From Chiloscyllium plagiosum (taxonomy: Eukaryota), in contig NC_057750.1 of NCBI RefSeq assembly GCF_004010195.1, positions 14,989,273-15,053,272 on the forward strand: a DNA stretch of 64,000 bases, in the 5' to 3' direction. Within the stretch, counting starts at the first letter, position 1, and each line of letters starts with the position of its first letter. Under the pieces are notes generated by a model. It was not told where the DNA came from. It made no database searches and saw only the letters and a list, made by a program, of their open reading frames with translations. Made by a program: the position numbers and the translations under genes. Of the stretch, positions 63,231-64,000 are shown piece by piece.

Positions 63231-63879
63231 GTGCTACCGTTTGTGTGCAGAAGTGCTTCCCAATATTTCTCCTGAACAGTTTGGCCCTCGTTCTCAGACT
63301 GTGCCCTGTGTAATGATGGCTCTGACCAATCCATGTTTCAGATGGTAGTGGCTCGCCTGGTGATCATGGGTCTCTTGGATTCTGGACATTTCAACAATAT
63401 GTGTCAGTGTTTACGAAATGTTCTGATCTCTGTTAGGGTACTCCCTCGACGTTGGTCCCAGCTGGCATTTTCCATGGACCTGAAAGGTTGGCTGTAGTTG
63501 GCCACACTCAGGACTTTAGTTGTAATTTTTCACTTGAAAGAGGACGCCTACAATGGCTGACATATTCTACTCTAACATGGGAGTAACCATTGTGTAAGAA
63601 GCTAATAGTCCTCCAGAGAACATAAAATATAAAAAAATCCCTGTGTGTGCTGGAGATTTGAAATGAAGAGAGTGGTGGAAAAGCTCAGCAGGACCAGGAA
63701 AAACTTCCTCGCATGAGGATTTGGAATGCATTACCTGATAGAGAGATGATACAGATTTGATTGTAGTGTTTAAAAAGAATTTAATATGGATGGAGGAATT
63801 TATCTTTAGAAGAGTCACTGCAGATTTGAATAGATTGTCTCTTTTGCAATTTTGTTGTATGATTCGATGACAACTCTGA

Positions 63880-64000
<121 letters not shown>

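Overview
Eukaryotic, repeat-rich vertebrate genomic DNA, almost certainly from a shark (many HE1-type tRNA SINEs and CR1/HER1-type LINEs), from a gapped assembly with three N runs. Three host genes are visible. (1) On the + strand, the 3' exons of a tail-anchored KASH-domain (nesprin) gene ending ...LSYLNGPPPT* at 12385, most like nesprin-4/SYNE4. (2) On the - strand, the single coding exon of a TMEM229B-like gene (15782-16297). (3) On the + strand, the promoter and first four coding exons of PAF1 (from 49194, running off the window). The rest is mostly decayed retroelements: CR1, L2-like and Rex1/Babar LINEs, a near full-length L1-type LINE with TSD and a nested Rex1-type LINE, a Gypsy RT relic, a rearranged Penelope-like element, HE1 and Deu-type SINEs, and several minisatellites. 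The most unusual signals are: families of short fold-back elements with variable 9-14 bp TSDs that carry minimal hammerhead-ribozyme cores (CTGANGA-stem-GAAA); a 56-bp hairpin array just inside PAF1 intron 1; and the KASH-TMEM229-PAF1 gene neighbourhood. All calls were made by eye, without database searches, and repeat boundaries are approximate.
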